A DNA stretch of 64,000 nt, taken from Anthoceros angustus. Taxonomy: Eukaryota; Plantae; Anthocerotophyta. Within the stretch, counting starts at the first letter, position 1. Every line of letters starts with the position of its first letter. Both the position numbers and the translations under genes were made by a program. Below the pieces are notes generated by a model. It did no database searches. It was given only the letters and a program-made list of their open reading frames with translations, and was not told the DNA's origin. The stretch is taken from assembly GCA_010909165.1 (NCBI GenBank), contig MU008158.1, positions 3,373,478 to 3,437,477 on the forward strand, written 5' to 3'. Shown here in pieces: positions 1-13,258 of this stretch.

Positions 1-429
1 GATTACCGTTGTATCCTGAACATGATTACCATGTGACATCTCATTCTCCGTAACAAGATTTAGGTCAGGTAATGTTCTTCCTTCTTCTTGTGCGCGAACA
101 TAAGATCCATTGGTACACCAAGCAAGGCGCAATAACTGGGAAGTATGTTCAAATATACCACATACCTGTTGCACCTTCACAACATGTTTGCAAATGAATC
201 CTTTCTGCCCCATCCCACAAGTACAAAATGCCCATGGAGAATGTGCAGCCTCAATGACGTAAACTTTGTCACTATCCTCAAAGGACATGCAATATGCAAC
301 AGTAGACCCAACTACAGACGGGAATATGACAGCCTCGTCTGGGATTGTGCTCGCTGCAGACAAAACATGCTCATATACCTTCTCGAGTTTTAAATTCGGC
401 TTATAACCCCCAGTCTTGGTGAAATCAAG
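1..429 (-). pseudogene. 3' part of a MULE/SWIM zinc-finger transposase-like gene (runs off the window edge)
   Basis: Minus strand translates as LDFTKTGGYKPNLKLEKVYEHVLSAASTIPDEAV...SPWAFCTCGMGQKGFICKHVVKV, a SWIM CxC..CxH motif. It is the in-frame continuation of ...HYWYLD at ~4500. Confidence 0.8.
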
Positions 430-758
430 TATGGAAGACCACATATACACTAGCCCCTCTCTGAAGTGTCGGGATGAACGATTTTTTTTTTTTTGAGAGT
501 GTTTGTATAGCAAAGTGCTTTGAGAATCGCCTGGGTAAGGTCTTTTATACGAGAATGGTCCTTGGCCCTTGGGATAATAATTTGTTTTTTTTGAACCTTA
601 GGTTTTCAATTTTTGATAGGTAGGTCGGAGATAGAGTCCTTGGGTTTTGGTGATTTTAGAAATAAGAAAGTGTCTATATATGTTAGGTGCCTACACCGCC
701 ACAGGGCGCAGCTGGAGGTAGCCGCCCACCACGGTCAAGAACGGGACATGCACTGTGG

Positions 759-1032
759 GAGTTTACAACCCTAGTGGCGGAGCACCGCTGCAGCCGAGAA
801 TCGAGAGACGGACACACCCAAAGACCGCGAGGTTGCGAAATTCGGCTGTGCCGGGCGAGCCGCAGCAGTCGCGCACATGCACCGGCGAGCTCGTCACTGC
901 AGCAGGACGACGCTGCCGTGGGGCGGCGTGGCGAAGAGCAGGACGTCTGAGACCGGGGTTTACAACCCTAGTGGCGGAGGCGCGACAGTCGGCGCAAGCG
1001 AGAGAGACGGACACACCCAAAGACCGCGAGGA
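759..1032 (+). repeat. Internal direct repeat within the insertion
   Basis: GTTTACAACCCTAGTGGCGGA...GAGAGACGGACACACCCAAAGACCGCGAGG occurs at ~760-832 and ~958-1031. Confidence 0.85.
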
Positions 1033-3965
1033 AGAGGCCATGGCTCGAGGCAGGCGTCGGGCGGGCGGGCTGACAAGTGGCGCATCTGCAGCGCTGGGCG
1101 GAGCCTCTGTTTTGTGCGGGTTGGACGCCGTGTCGGTCAGGCACGGCGTGTGGCGGAGGAAGAGAACAGTGGAGTAGCGAAGGAGGAAAAGAGACGCTGA
1201 GGCAAGAGCGCCAGCGCAACGGCAAGTGGAGGAGACGCGCGAGGGTGGTGTTCCCTTTTCTGACCAGCGTTTGCAGGAGTGTTGGGTTCTTTTCCTGAAG
1301 AAACAAGGAGAAAGAGAGATGGCGCCCGAGCGCCGAAATTTCACTCATGCAAAGGCCCAACATGGACCATCGAGAAGGTGAGCTGTGCAGGAGCCGGGTC
1401 CGGAATTTATGGAGATGAAATGGTGTTACGATACCAAAGATTGGTGCAAGAGTGCGCCGCAATTGAGAACCAAGTTGCAAGAGGGAGACGCGAGGAAGAG
1501 GCCGCAAAACTGGATTTGGGACTCTTTCGAGCAGCAGAAGGGCAGAAGGAGGATGGAAGCTTGGTAATTGACCCCAGAAAGAAGACCACGAGGCTGCGGT
1601 GCGCTCATGAAGCCTGGGAAGTGAGAGTGAACAATGGATGGGTGACTCGCCAACTCGTGTTCACACCGGTGGGATTAGCCAAGTGGATTTTGTGTTTCGT
1701 AATCGGAAGTTGGATCATATGGCGCACTACTCGGTCTTTCTTCATGAGGTGGTTAAAGGTACACAATCGATTGGGGCGGATGATCTTTGAAAGAGCCTGT
1801 GGAGGAGAGGCGAATTTGCTCTCCCTTCCCTCGACCCTCCTTGATTTCACCTTTTCTAATTCATGTGTTCGCGATTCCGTGTCTAACGAGTTGGAAGTCA
1901 GGTTCCGCCTTCATAGCCGGAAACCGCCGTGAACTCAAGGTAGAGGAGGAGGAGTGTAAGGAAGATTAGGGAAGGATTCCAGCAGTTGGGAATGCGCTTC
2001 CCTAGAAGATTCGGATGAAGGTGGGGAGGTTTCCAAGGGCAAGAAGCGGAGGGCGGCGACGGCTGAACGGGGGTCGGCGAAGAAGGGAAGGACAGCCACG
2101 AGAAGAGGAACCCACAGCCACACCTAGGGTCACCAGGTCGAAATCGGCAGCAGGAACGCGAGTGAAGGAGGAGAAAATAAAAGGGAAACGACAAGTTGTG
2201 CCCCTCTCAGGTGCAGGGGAGGAGTCGCTGCCGCTAGGAGAGATTGGAGCGGATGAGGAGATTGTGGCAAACCAACCCCTAGAAGAAGAGGGGTTAGTTG
2301 CGATAGCCAAGTCCGCGGCGGAGCTCCGGAACATTTTTGGCGACATTTCACTGACCCGTCCGGCTGAAGTGGAGGCAGGTGACACCGCTCGCGTGCGAGA
2401 ATTGTTGTGGAAGGGAATGGGCACGGGGCACCGAACTGCAGTTTGACTTCCCATGGCTCGACGCAGCGATCTCCTCGACCAGCCATGGCTCTCACCGGCC
2501 GAGGTGGCCACAGAAAAGTTGCTCAAGGAGAAGTTGGAGAGCCCGGAAGGCGAGAACAAGGTGGCGAGGAGCGCAGACGGAATGCGAGGCGGCCCTATGC
2601 AAGGCATGAGCTAAGGCCATGTCCACCCAACAGAGGCCTTAGTGAATCAGTCAAGGGGCGATGCCACAATCGAGGAGCTTCAAGATGAGGTCTCATGAGC
2701 CTGTGAACAAATGGAAACAATGGCGCCTGGAGAAATTCAAGAAGTCATGGAGAGATATAAGCGAGAGAGATGAAGCTAGGGCCGAGTCAAGAGAGAGGTG
2801 GCCAAACCAAGAAGGGCAGAGCCACAAAGAACCGCAGAGTCAAGCCACCACCGGGGAAACTACCACCACGGTGGCTAAACCGCCACCGTCATGAAGGAGG
2901 AACCGAGGTGGGGAAGTCACCCAGTGAGCGCCGCAGGGGATACGATCCCCGATTCCAAGGCGGCCTGATTGTCCACGGGAGGAGAGGTAAGAACCTCTGT
3001 AGTCGAAGGCGTATTGTGCTCTGCGTCGGATGAGGATGCTCATGTCCTCGCCGTCGCATGGTGAGCGGTGCTCACTCTAAATGTGTATGTGGTTGTTGGG
3101 GAGGGGCGTAAACTATTGGTGCACATCTTGACCGCCACGGGCGTTTACCAGTGGTTCTTCCGAACGGGAGCGGGGGCCTACCCCCCCCAAGTGGTGATCG
3201 AGGAAATGAGCGAAGCGGAAGCCAGGGCGTGGAGGGAGGAGCACACGGTGTGGCTGTCCAGCGATGAGGAGCGGAATAACAGGCCTAGGGCCTATAGACG
3301 AACGACGCCCATGGGAAGACGCGAAGAAACTGCAGGCAGTGACAGCGAGGTGGAGGTTTTGGGGGAGAATCGCTCGGATCAGAGGCGTGGCAGGAGAGCG
3401 AGAGCGACGGAACCCCACCTACCGCAGTCTAGGCAAAGAATCATGACGCTACCGCTGATTTTAGGAGAGCGACATCATAGGCCGAGGCTTTTTGGGGTAG
3501 GGGATAGGATGTTTTGAGGACCCGTGGCGCTGTAGTTTCCTGAATTGGTAGGAGCGCTCGTGGTAGTGGGCCATATTTTCTAGACATCGGTAGGAGTGAG
3601 TGGAAATCCACAACAATGTATAAGAGACCCTTGAGAGTCTCTCCTAATGCATACGTGTGAACTTCCGTGTGTTGAAGCTATGCGCGAGGTTGATTGGAGA
3701 CGTCTGATCAGCATCAAACTCGTTCGATGCACCGCCTTCTCGTCACAAGAAGGCCGGGAAGATCCCTGGATGGTCGAGAGCGGAGTGGCCAAGCTCCACG
3801 CCTGGGGTGACGGAAGGTAGCTGGCGCGCGCCGGAAAAAGAGGTAGGAATTGCCGCGGAAGGCCGAGGCGGAACTGCCGGAAGGCGGATCGCCCAAGCAC
3901 TGACCGGGGTTTTCTTTCCTGATCCCCTTTCCCGACTGCCACCAGGTGTGTTTATTCCACTAGAG

Positions 3966-4040
3966 GGGGTCTGTGGTGGCCCAAGGAGGGTCTGTGGCCC
4001 AAGGAGGGTCTGTGGCCCAAGGAGGGTCTGTGTGGCCCGT
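3966..4040 (+). repeat. 18-bp tandem repeat (GGGTCTGTGGCCCAAGGA, about 4 copies)
   Basis: Visible directly; gives the GPRRVC peptide repeats in the ORF track. Confidence 0.9.
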
Positions 4041-4498
4041 GAGGCGAGAGTGCATTAGGAAGGAAAGGGAAGGGTAGATGAGTGCGTGAGGGATTGTGAG
4101 AGTGTGTGAGGGAAAATCGGAAATGCGTAAGAGGGTGGAAGCGTGCGGTGGGATCGCAGAAATTCCTAGAGGTAAAGTGAGGTGTATATAGGTGTCTGTA
4201 TGCCCATAGCCCCCAAGGTCTGCGCCAAAGAAGCCGGTGACAAATAGACCCCGCGACAGCGGCGCTGTGGGACCCGCCACGGAAACCGCCACTGTGGTGG
4301 CCGAATCTACCACGGTGGTGGGTTTGGGTAGGGTAGCTGGGGAAGGTGGGGTAGTGAGCGACGGGGTAGGTCCAGAACCCATAGATTCAGAACACCTTGA
4401 CACAAAACTATTCCCTTGGGATCGAATCCTAGGACTATAACGACATAGAGGGTAAATGTGGCCTCTTTGCGTCTTCGGATGCAAAAACCCATTCCACA

Positions 4499-6255
4499 TC
4501 AAGGTACCAGTAATGCCGTGCTACCTCGTTCACAAGTTGATGCAGAAGCCAATCCATACGCCTTCCTGACAACGCAGCCTTGGTAAAAGATACTCTTTCC
4601 TTCAAGAATCGATGAAAGGCCTCCAGAGCAGATGTGGCATCCTGTCCAGCGTGGGGAAACATCCTGCAGTTCTTCAACCACATGTCTGGCATAAAGAAAT
4701 GCGAAACATTATTACACACAGCTGACACCATGTGAACATCCATTCAACCAACCCTTACCGTACAAAGAAACTAGTGCACTTTGGGCAAAGAATAATACCT
4801 ATAGAGTCACCCCACTGCTTCTTGAAATACTCAACAAAGGCTGGTTGACTTCCATGCCACTCCTTGTAGAAGAACTCTAACAATATCTTACCCCATGCGA
4901 TAGTACCATCTTCCGTATTATGGCCTCGACATACATGATCTCCATGAGCTGCCCAAATCTTCTTCCTTGCAATAATGCACTTTACCTTCTTTAAAAGGTT
5001 TATTTGATGCCTTCCTTACATGCCATAGACACAACACAACATGTATGTTGGCCCCCATACTGTTTAAAAGGCACCTATCTACGCTAAACAATCATCAACT
5101 AGGAAGCAACTAGGGACCCATGTTGCACATGTTGTAAGAGCGACATGTCGGAGTGGCGTCAACCATGACACCAAAGAAAGTATAGTAGCCTCCTGTGTTA
5201 GTGCCCAAGCAATTGGAATACCATTAAGGTGTTGATAAAAACCCATCACCGTAAATAAGTGGTACCTATACTTGTTCATACCAAATGTGGCGTCCATGGC
5301 TAAAACACTATTGTTACCATGTTTGATGAACATCTGCCGCATGAAAGGAGTTTGCAACCCTAAAACAAAAGGTTCACCAGTTCTGATCTATGGAAGATAA
5401 GGTCAGCATTCACTTTGAGCCACATCTCAATGGACTTTACATCATCAGGGTCTAGTTTCCACTCACCCGCTTCCACTTGTCGTTTCATGTTCAACACATC
5501 CTTGTGCTGCATGTAGTCATCTCGAACGTCACCATCACGCTCATGTCCTTTGTAGTACTCATCTTCTCGTACACAACTGCAACATGCCGACGATAATCTC
5601 CGGCACGAATACCTTGCAATAAAGACAATGTTTAACCCAATCCTTTTTCTCTTCGAGATCCAAGGAGCTCTAGACAATTTAGGGTGTCCCACATACTGGA
5701 CCATGATGATATCACCGTCGATCTACGTGCGCTCCTTCATGAAGAAGGATTTGAGCAACTTTAGGGAATAAGCGCAACTGCTTCACAACTAAATTGGCCA
5801 TACATCCGGTCTTTATGCACACATTCTTGGGTGTGGCAGCTCGGAAATCCTCCGGTCCATATGAACACCAATACCTACATAGAAACATACGACAGCAAAT
5901 ACCAAGATTTGGCTTCAACTTAAGGCAAAGAAAGCACATGGACAGAGGCCACCAAGCCAGGAAACCCAAGTGGTTAGGGAAATTAGTGTAGAGAACTTGG
6001 AAGTTGCAGAAGGTACCTAATATATGTGATTGCAGTGTCTAAGGATGGCACCATTGGTGGTGGTAGTGAATTTTGAGTCTTTGAATCTTTCCGATAGAAA
6101 CTTGCAGCACATTTGAAGCCTTCACCAGAAATGAAATCTTCTACTCTATTCCATGGAATATAGGCAATCTTCCAATCCTTCAGAACCTGCCAAGTTAGAT
6201 TATCGGTACAAAATTGACCAAGCCCTGGAAATTGCACCTTCAGCGGGCACTCCAT
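4499..6255 (-). pseudogene. 5' part of a degenerate MULE-transposase/SWIM-family gene
   Basis: Fragments WKIAYIPWNRVEDFISGE, YWCSYGPEDFR, HGNNSVLAMDATFGMNKYRYHLFTVMGF...GIPIAW...FLVDD and PHAGQDATSALEAFH..LK...GRRMDWLLHQL, interrupted by stops and frameshifts. Confidence 0.8.
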
Positions 6256-6293
6256 GGACAGAGCACGCTTGGTGGCCAGAATGCTTGGTTTAG

Positions 6294-6395
6294 GTTAATC
6301 TGTTTGTCTTAGGGATGGTTTGTTTGAGACACCTGAGTCTTGGGATGGTTTGTTTGAGTTAATCTGTTTGTCTTGGGATGGTTTGTTTGAGACAC
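6294..6395 (+). repeat. Short tandem repeats (GGATGGTTTGTTTGAG units) upstream of the MULE-like gene
   Basis: Three GGGATGGTTTGTTTGAG copies and two GTTAATCTGTTTGTCTT copies. Confidence 0.8.
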
Positions 6396-7346
6396 CCCGC
6401 GTTCATACTCTCGCGCACGCTTCTAAAATCAAGCATGGTTGGTTTACAGCACAACCTCGTTGTGGTGGGTGCGCATAGGGTTGTGCCGTGCTGGACAAAA
6501 TACGACAGTGACATCCTGTATGACCGGTACATGGTGTTGCGTTTAAAGTATACCATGATGAGAGAGAATCGTGATGGACGAGGCATGGCATGCCACGCCA
6601 GATTTGACACGCGCGAAGCATTGATTGCTTCGGAGATTGAGACGCAGGCTGTGTGCTTTGTACATCCCAAGCTCAACACTTGGTCCTTTGACATGGTCTC
6701 TGTACTTGCGAAGGGGTCTCCGCACGGTGTGGTGACGTGGACAGTGCGTTCGCGTTCGCCCTGGGAAAATGAGTTGAAGTTGCCACCTAGTTTAGTAGTG
6801 CTTGAAAAATTGGAGCAGGTGGGGCCGGGGGAGGATGTCATGACTCTCAATGCGCGCTTTAGCATCGAGAGCATCCGCGTTTCCTTTTATCTGGTTGTGG
6901 GACCCACCCAAGTTCCAAGGCTTGCCCAATGCCTTCGCGACCCCAGAAGCCCATGGGACCTACTTCAAGGTACTGTACTTTATATCATGTGCTCGCTACA
7001 ACATTACGTTTTCAAATCGTAGGAAGAGAGTCACGTGAACGTACACAGAGATGATATACTGTACATATACGTAGGAATACGACTTGCAATGAATGGAATA
7101 AAATAGAATAGAAAAGAATGATAGGGCGAGCGTATGAACATAGGGTAGGTATTCGGAGTTGAGGAGCGCGAGCGGCGGCGGCAGCGGCGGCGGCGGCGCC
7201 GGACAGTACAGTACAGTATGCATGCAGGATGTACGTATGCGGGTGCAGCTGCACCAGCTGCAGCTGCAGTGTATGCCCCTACCCGCTCCCCGCCCGTCGC
7301 CCGTCGCCCGTCGCCCAAATCTCATCACCAAATAAACTAAACGCGC

Positions 7347-7453
7347 CTTCCCTTCCTTCCTTCCTTCCCTTCCCTTCCCTTCCCTTCCCTTCCCTTCCCT
7401 TCCCGTCGCCCAAATCTCGTCACTCCCTCCCCTTCCCTTCCCTTCCCTTCCCT
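7347..7453 (+). repeat. (CCTTC)n microsatellite
   Basis: Polypyrimidine pentamer repeat. Confidence 0.9.
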
Positions 7454-8476
7454 GCGACCAACCCTCCGCAACGCAACTGCTTCTCTCTTCACTGCTCCAC
7501 TGCCATCACAAGTGTTATGCCCTGCCGACCGCCTACTTCCTGCTTCCTCATCAGGGTTCATAAGTGCTCTAAACTAGAAACACCTCCAACGGGTGTGGCG
7601 GGGAACGCAAGCCCTCCGAACTGAACAACTGAACCAACCGCGTGCAATGCGAATCAGGTTTAAAATGCTCACTGTCCCGCGCATCAGCGTATTAGCGCAG
7701 TAGCGCATTACCAACAGGAAGACAGATAGTTGCCGTTGCCGGAGGGTGAATGGAGAGAGGATCGGTGCCACATAAGCGCGGTACGGTGAGCATGTTGTAC
7801 ATATTTTGGTGATGACGTTTATTAGGCGACTGGGGGTGTGACCGAACCCCGGAAGGGGAACAGAGGAACCGCAACGGCCGCGCGTTTTCCAAATTTAGAG
7901 TCCGGATTGGCGAGTCGTGAAGGTGCAGAGTGATGACAGTTGCCAAGGGGAGCGGCAGTGCAACAGGGACACGACAGGACAGGGCATGCATCCGCATTAA
8001 ATGCACCGGATTGTTGGCTGCGCTGCCAGATTCCAGATTCCAGATCGGGCCAGGCCGGGTCCGCTGTTATGTCCCATCGATTCACCGGATCGTGAAGATA
8101 ATCGGTCGTACTCCCCGCCAGCCCCCCGGTCGGCGCTCGCCGGTCGCCGGTCGCCGGTCGCCGCTCCGCTCCCTCCCTGCGTGGCCTCGCCTCCTCGACG
8201 ACATTTCAGGCCCAGGCCCAGACCCCGTCGCCCCCGCTCTGCCAGCGCACACTCTGAGAACCAGGCCCAGGCCCAGGCCCAGCCCGGAGCGTCACGCTCC
8301 TTAATTCCCCCCGCTCCGCCCCTCAGCCTCACAGCAGGCTCTAGTCTACAAAAAGCCTGCTCCCTTCTACACTCGGCCTCTCTTCCCTTCCCTTGCGCCT
8401 CCTCGGCAGCAGCAGCTCCATCTCCGCCGCCGTCTCCCGTCTGCTGCGAATTTACCGCCTCCAATTCCCGCCAACC

Positions 8477-11400
8477 ATGGCGTCCGGGTCGGGGGGGAGG
8501 GTGGACGCCGGCCCGCTCTCCTTGCGCCTGGCTCCCAGAAAGGGCTTCGGGAGCGCGGGCCAGCCCATCTCTGTCGCAACCAACTACTTCGTCGTCAAAT
8601 TCAAGCCCAAGGTCCTGTATCAGTACGACGTGAGCACCAGCACCAGCACCAGCCCAATTCTTTGGCGCTGCCAAGGCGGCTGTTTGCTCACTTGTTGTGA
8701 TTTTTTGTGAGGCATGCTGGTGCCCCGCGCCCAGCGGCGGATTCTTGCACTCGCAATTGCACTGCCCACCTCGGCACAACGCCGTCTTGCTGCAAAGATT
8801 GCTTCTGCTGCTGCTCGTTCATGCCTTGCTTTCTTTGCTTGTCCCGTACTTTTCCGGGCGCAGGTGAATATTACGCCCCAAGTCCCCAAAGGCCTGCAGA
8901 GAGCCGTGTTCGAGGAGCTGTGCAAGTCTGAGGAAGTTTTTCCCGACGGAATTCTGCCTGTCTACGACGGCCAGACAACTGTTTATACGTCCCGGCCCTT
9001 GAGGGAGAGACTGATGGACACCAAGGTGACGCTGCCGGAGCTGCAGCCCGGGGGGACCAGAAGGCGGAACCGGGATTTCGAGGTGGTGCTGCGGGCTTCA
9101 GCGCAGCCCGACCTCAGGCTGCTTCGCAGTTTTCTGTCCGGGAGTACGCCGGACCTGCCTCAGGACTGCATCCAGGCTCTGGATGTTGTGCTCAAAGAGA
9201 CCGCCACTCGTTTTGGGTAAGGCGGACAGGCCCCGCTATCACGGCGTCACGCTTGTTGAATGCATGCGCCGCTCGCTCTCGTCTTGCACTGCTCTGCTCG
9301 TCTTCAATTCTGCGTCTCTGCTTGCGCAGCTTTCTGGCTGGGAAGCGTTCGTTTTTTGCCAAAATGTTTGGCGTCACCAGCCTCGGAAATGGTGTGGAGG
9401 CTTGGAAGGGCTTTTATCAGTCTCTCAGGCCGGGGAATGACGAGTTGCTTCTGAATATAGGTGGGTGGCTACTGCGGTGTGTTTTTGCAATTGTGTGTGG
9501 CTCACCGGTGTGTGATTTCCGACTCTTGACATCTCTTTGTTGCACTGGCGTGCACAGACGTATCTGCGCTGGCTGTGTTAGAGGAGGTGCCGCTGCTCAA
9601 GTTCTTGGAGAACGCGTGCAGAAAGGATGTGAGGGAATTGCACAGTGCCTTGCAAAGGCGCGATGCAGAAGGGGATCGCTTCCGTGTGCAAGTAACGCGC
9701 TATCATGCTCTCCTGCCCAACCCTCTTCACTGCTTTGTCTTCCTGTGGATTAATGTGCCCCGTTTCTTCACAGATTAGGAAGAGCCTCAAGGGGCTTCGA
9801 GTAGAAACCCTGCACACGGCCAAACGCAAATATAAGATACAAAGCATCACGGATGAACCACTGAGCGTCTTGAAGTGAGCAACTTTCCTCAATTCCCCCT
9901 TACTTGACCTCACGCTTGCCCCTTCTTTCTGCTGGGGGGTTGTTCTGATTTCCTTTCAGGAAGAAAAATTTGTTTGAGAGTCCTTTCAGGAGACGTTGAT
10001 GCTGTCGACTGATCACGCTTTGATCTGCATCAGATTTGATCTGCAAGGAACTGAAACGACTGTGACCGACTATTTTGAGAAAACGTACAAGAAAAAGTTG
10101 GAGTTTCCTGGGTTTCCCGCCATAAACGCAGGCACCAAGGACAGGAAGAAGTACATCCCTTTTGAGGTACTTCATTTCGTCTTAACAAGATTCAGGGTTC
10201 CTGACCTGCCTTTGTAGGCGACTGGACTGAACAGATCTGGTGGGTGCAGGTATGTAAACTAGTAGGAGGTCAGCGCTTCATGAGGAAGCTGGATGAGCAG
10301 CAGACAGACAAATTCAAGAATTTTACCATGGGCCCCCCTGGGAAGAGGCGTGCAGACTGCGAAAAAGTAAGCTCTGTGCTCTCGTCAGTTCCCCAGAGTG
10401 CTCAATTTGACAACCGATGAGCATGTCAGGGTTTTCAGAAGCATGTCCCTCTGTTCATGTTAATGCTAGTATTGGATGACTTGCATTCTGACTAGTGTGT
10501 ACATAGATGGCAAGGAGCATGCACAACGAAGGTCGGAAATACGAGGAAGAGTTTGGCCTGGATATGAATCCTGTAGGAGCCATAAAAGCAAGAGTTCTTC
10601 CAAAACCAAAGGTGTAAGCCTTTTCCGCTCACCGACATGCCATTGCCGGGCTGGTGGAGAGGTTTCATTTGTGAGTTCTAAAGCATCCAGGGACTTTGCA
10701 GGTGTGCTACAGCAATTCAGAGGCACAGATCAACCACGCAGGAGCGTGGAACCTAAGAAATACGGTATAGACGCTCTCTCATGCACTGTCAGAATGCTTG
10801 GGCTCTTTTAGGATTGCCTCACAATCGAGACCGTGTGGAATTCAGGTTCTCATCGAAGGGTGCAAAATCAGCAACTGGACGTTGATCAATTTTGAGCCAC
10901 GATTAGATGGTAGAGCTGTTCAGAACGTTGTTGATACACTTCCCCGAGACTGCAGGCGATATGGGGTGGTAAGTTCATGTTCCTGCTCTGCTCGGTATTA
11001 GTCAAAACAGACTACAGTTGGATGATGTCTCCAAGTGATTCTCTTCTGTCACATGATTCTCAATGTTCTGGGAATGTGTTAGGCTTTAAACCCAACTCCT
11101 GTAATCGGCTGGGTCACCGAAAAGGGCAGAAATGTTGGAGCTGTCATTAAACATGTCTGGGATGAATGTCAATCAAAGACCTCGAAGGACTTGGAGCTGT
11201 TGGTTGCAATCATGCCCTACTCAGGAGATAAAGAGATCTACAGTATGTCAAGAAATTTCGTATCTAAATTTTTTAACAGGTTTCCTGCCTTGTCTGATTC
11301 CTGTTTCCCGAGTAGGATCAGACTGTTCTAATCATTAGATTTCTTTTCTGTTCTGATCATTAGATATTTTTGTCCAGGGTCTGTGAAGAAATTTTGTGAA

Positions 11401-13258
11401 ATAGATTACGGTTTCCTATCTCAGTGCTGCAAGGCTGCAAACATTGGAAATAAAAAGCCTAACTTTTTGGTTGGCTACCTGGCTAATGTGATCTTGAAGA
11501 TAAATGCGAAGGTATAGCTCCTCCACCTTTTGGAATGGAAGGTTTTTCTTTGGCAAATTTAGTGAGCGGACATGACTGTATTGCTTGCTTGCAGTGTGGG
11601 GGATTGAACTCTCTCCTGATGAATGAAAAGATGAAGAGACTGCCTCGCATCTCTTCCAGCCCAACCGTTCTTATTGGGGCAGATGTGTCCCATCCACGCG
11701 TGGGGGACGACTCAAGTCCTTCAATTGGAGCTGTAAGTGAAGGGTAAACGGCACTGCAAATGATTCGTCTTCACACATCTTTTACTTGCCAATGTTTTCA
11801 AGTTCTATGTGCAGAACCGGTCTTTCCACTGCTTGTTGATGTTGTAACGACCTTCTTGCTGCAGGTTGTTGGGTCTGTGGACTGGCCATATTTTGCAAAA
11901 TATGTGACGAAAGTTAGAGCACAGTCTCACCGCACAGAGGTGCTTGAAGATTTGTACTGGGAGAAGACTGATGAACAGGGGAGGAAGCAAACAGGTGGCA
12001 TTCTGAAGGACCTGCTGACTGTCTTCAAAGACAAGGTCACTAAGAAGCCGGAGCAGATAATCTATTTCAGGTACGGTGCACTATGTTTCCCTTGATGGTG
12101 ATTTATAATGAGATCATTCAGGGGAAGACGTTTCATTATGCATGTTCCGGATTGTATGTCAGAGATGGTGTTAGTGAGGGCCAGTTTGACATTGTGCTGC
12201 GGGAGGAGTGCGAAGCCCTCAGAAAGGTTCTCTTTCCACTTTGTATGTGCAAGGAATTATTTGCACAAAAGTCTGCCCCTCCTGCTCACGCAGTATTGTA
12301 CAGGCATGTATCTCTCTAGGATGGGGAAGCGATGGTTCTGGTACCACTGGTGAGCCGGCTCAGAAAAAGCCTAAGATGGACACTCCAAAGATCATCTTCA
12401 TTGTTGTTCAAAAGAGGCATCATACTAGGTTGTTTCCATTGGAGACCCGTGATGAGAAACAGAATGTTCAACCAGGTGACTTGTCTTGGATCTCCCTGTC
12501 TTACATGTCAAGTTGATGTCAGCTACACAGGATAGCTCCGGAGTGTCGTTCTAATCTGTGTCGTGGTTCAACGTTGGCAGGCACGGTGGTGGATCGAACA
12601 ATCTGCCAGCCCAATCATTTTGACTTCTTCCTTTGCAGTCATGCAGGCCTTCAGGTGTGGTTGCTGTATGTGATTGTGTGGCTAGATAGAAGATTTCTAC
12701 ACCCATGCCTGCTAGTCTTTGGTTCCAGCACGTTTGTGAAACGTCGAAACGCTGTGCAGGGAACGTCGAGGCCTGCCCATTACCACATCTTACTCGATGA
12801 AATCGGGTTTTCTGCTGATGAGATCCAGACTCTAGTGAACGAGTTGTGTTACCAGTAAGAGATGCTGAGAAATCTTAAATTGTCGCCTGACTTTGTTCGT
12901 CTTTAGACTGTTGATCCAACCTTGTTTCCCGTCGGAGCTTTGCAGATATGCTCGCTGTACCAAGGTGGTCTCGATTGGTAAGTGCGGTTATAAATTTTAG
13001 CAACAAATGTCGTTGTGACTCGCTCGTAAGCTAACTCTTCTGTCTTGCGCAGTTCCCGCTCTGTATTACGCTCACTTGGCTGCAAAACGAGCACGAGATT
13101 GGATAGATTTTGAAGGATCCTCGGAAGGAGGGTCTCGCCAAGAGACTGCCAGTATTGTAAGCGCGGGTAGTGGAAGTGGACGTGTTCGCGGACCCTTCCG
13201 TGTTAAACCCTTGCCCCAGATCCATGATAGAATCAGGAAATCCATGTATTATATTTAA
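8477..13258 (+). CDS. AGO: Argonaute protein (paralogue A), multi-exon
   Basis: Spliced GT-AG exons encode N ([21 protein letters not shown]), L1 ([14 protein letters not shown]), PAZ (YFEKTY..YIPFE), MID ([22 protein letters not shown]) and PIWI ([49 protein letters not shown]), ending MYYI*. Confidence 0.95.

Larger units (their letters stand above)
430..4498. mobile_element. 4.07-kb LTR-type insertion (large solo LTR or non-autonomous element)
   Basis: Termini are TATGGAA (430) and TTCCACA (4498), flanked by direct repeat TCAAG at 425-429 and 4499-4503. Removing it restores the SWIM gene reading frame. It has internal repeats and no recognisable RT or integrase. Confidence 0.8.

Noticed and set aside
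6378-7022. 214-aa plus-strand ORF
   Set aside because: Non-ATG start inside repeats and no recognisable motif; probably TE-flanking sequence.
8477-8629. miR168-type target site in the AGO genes
   Set aside because: No PELHQA-encoding site is seen in either paralogue, and its absence is uninformative in bryophytes.
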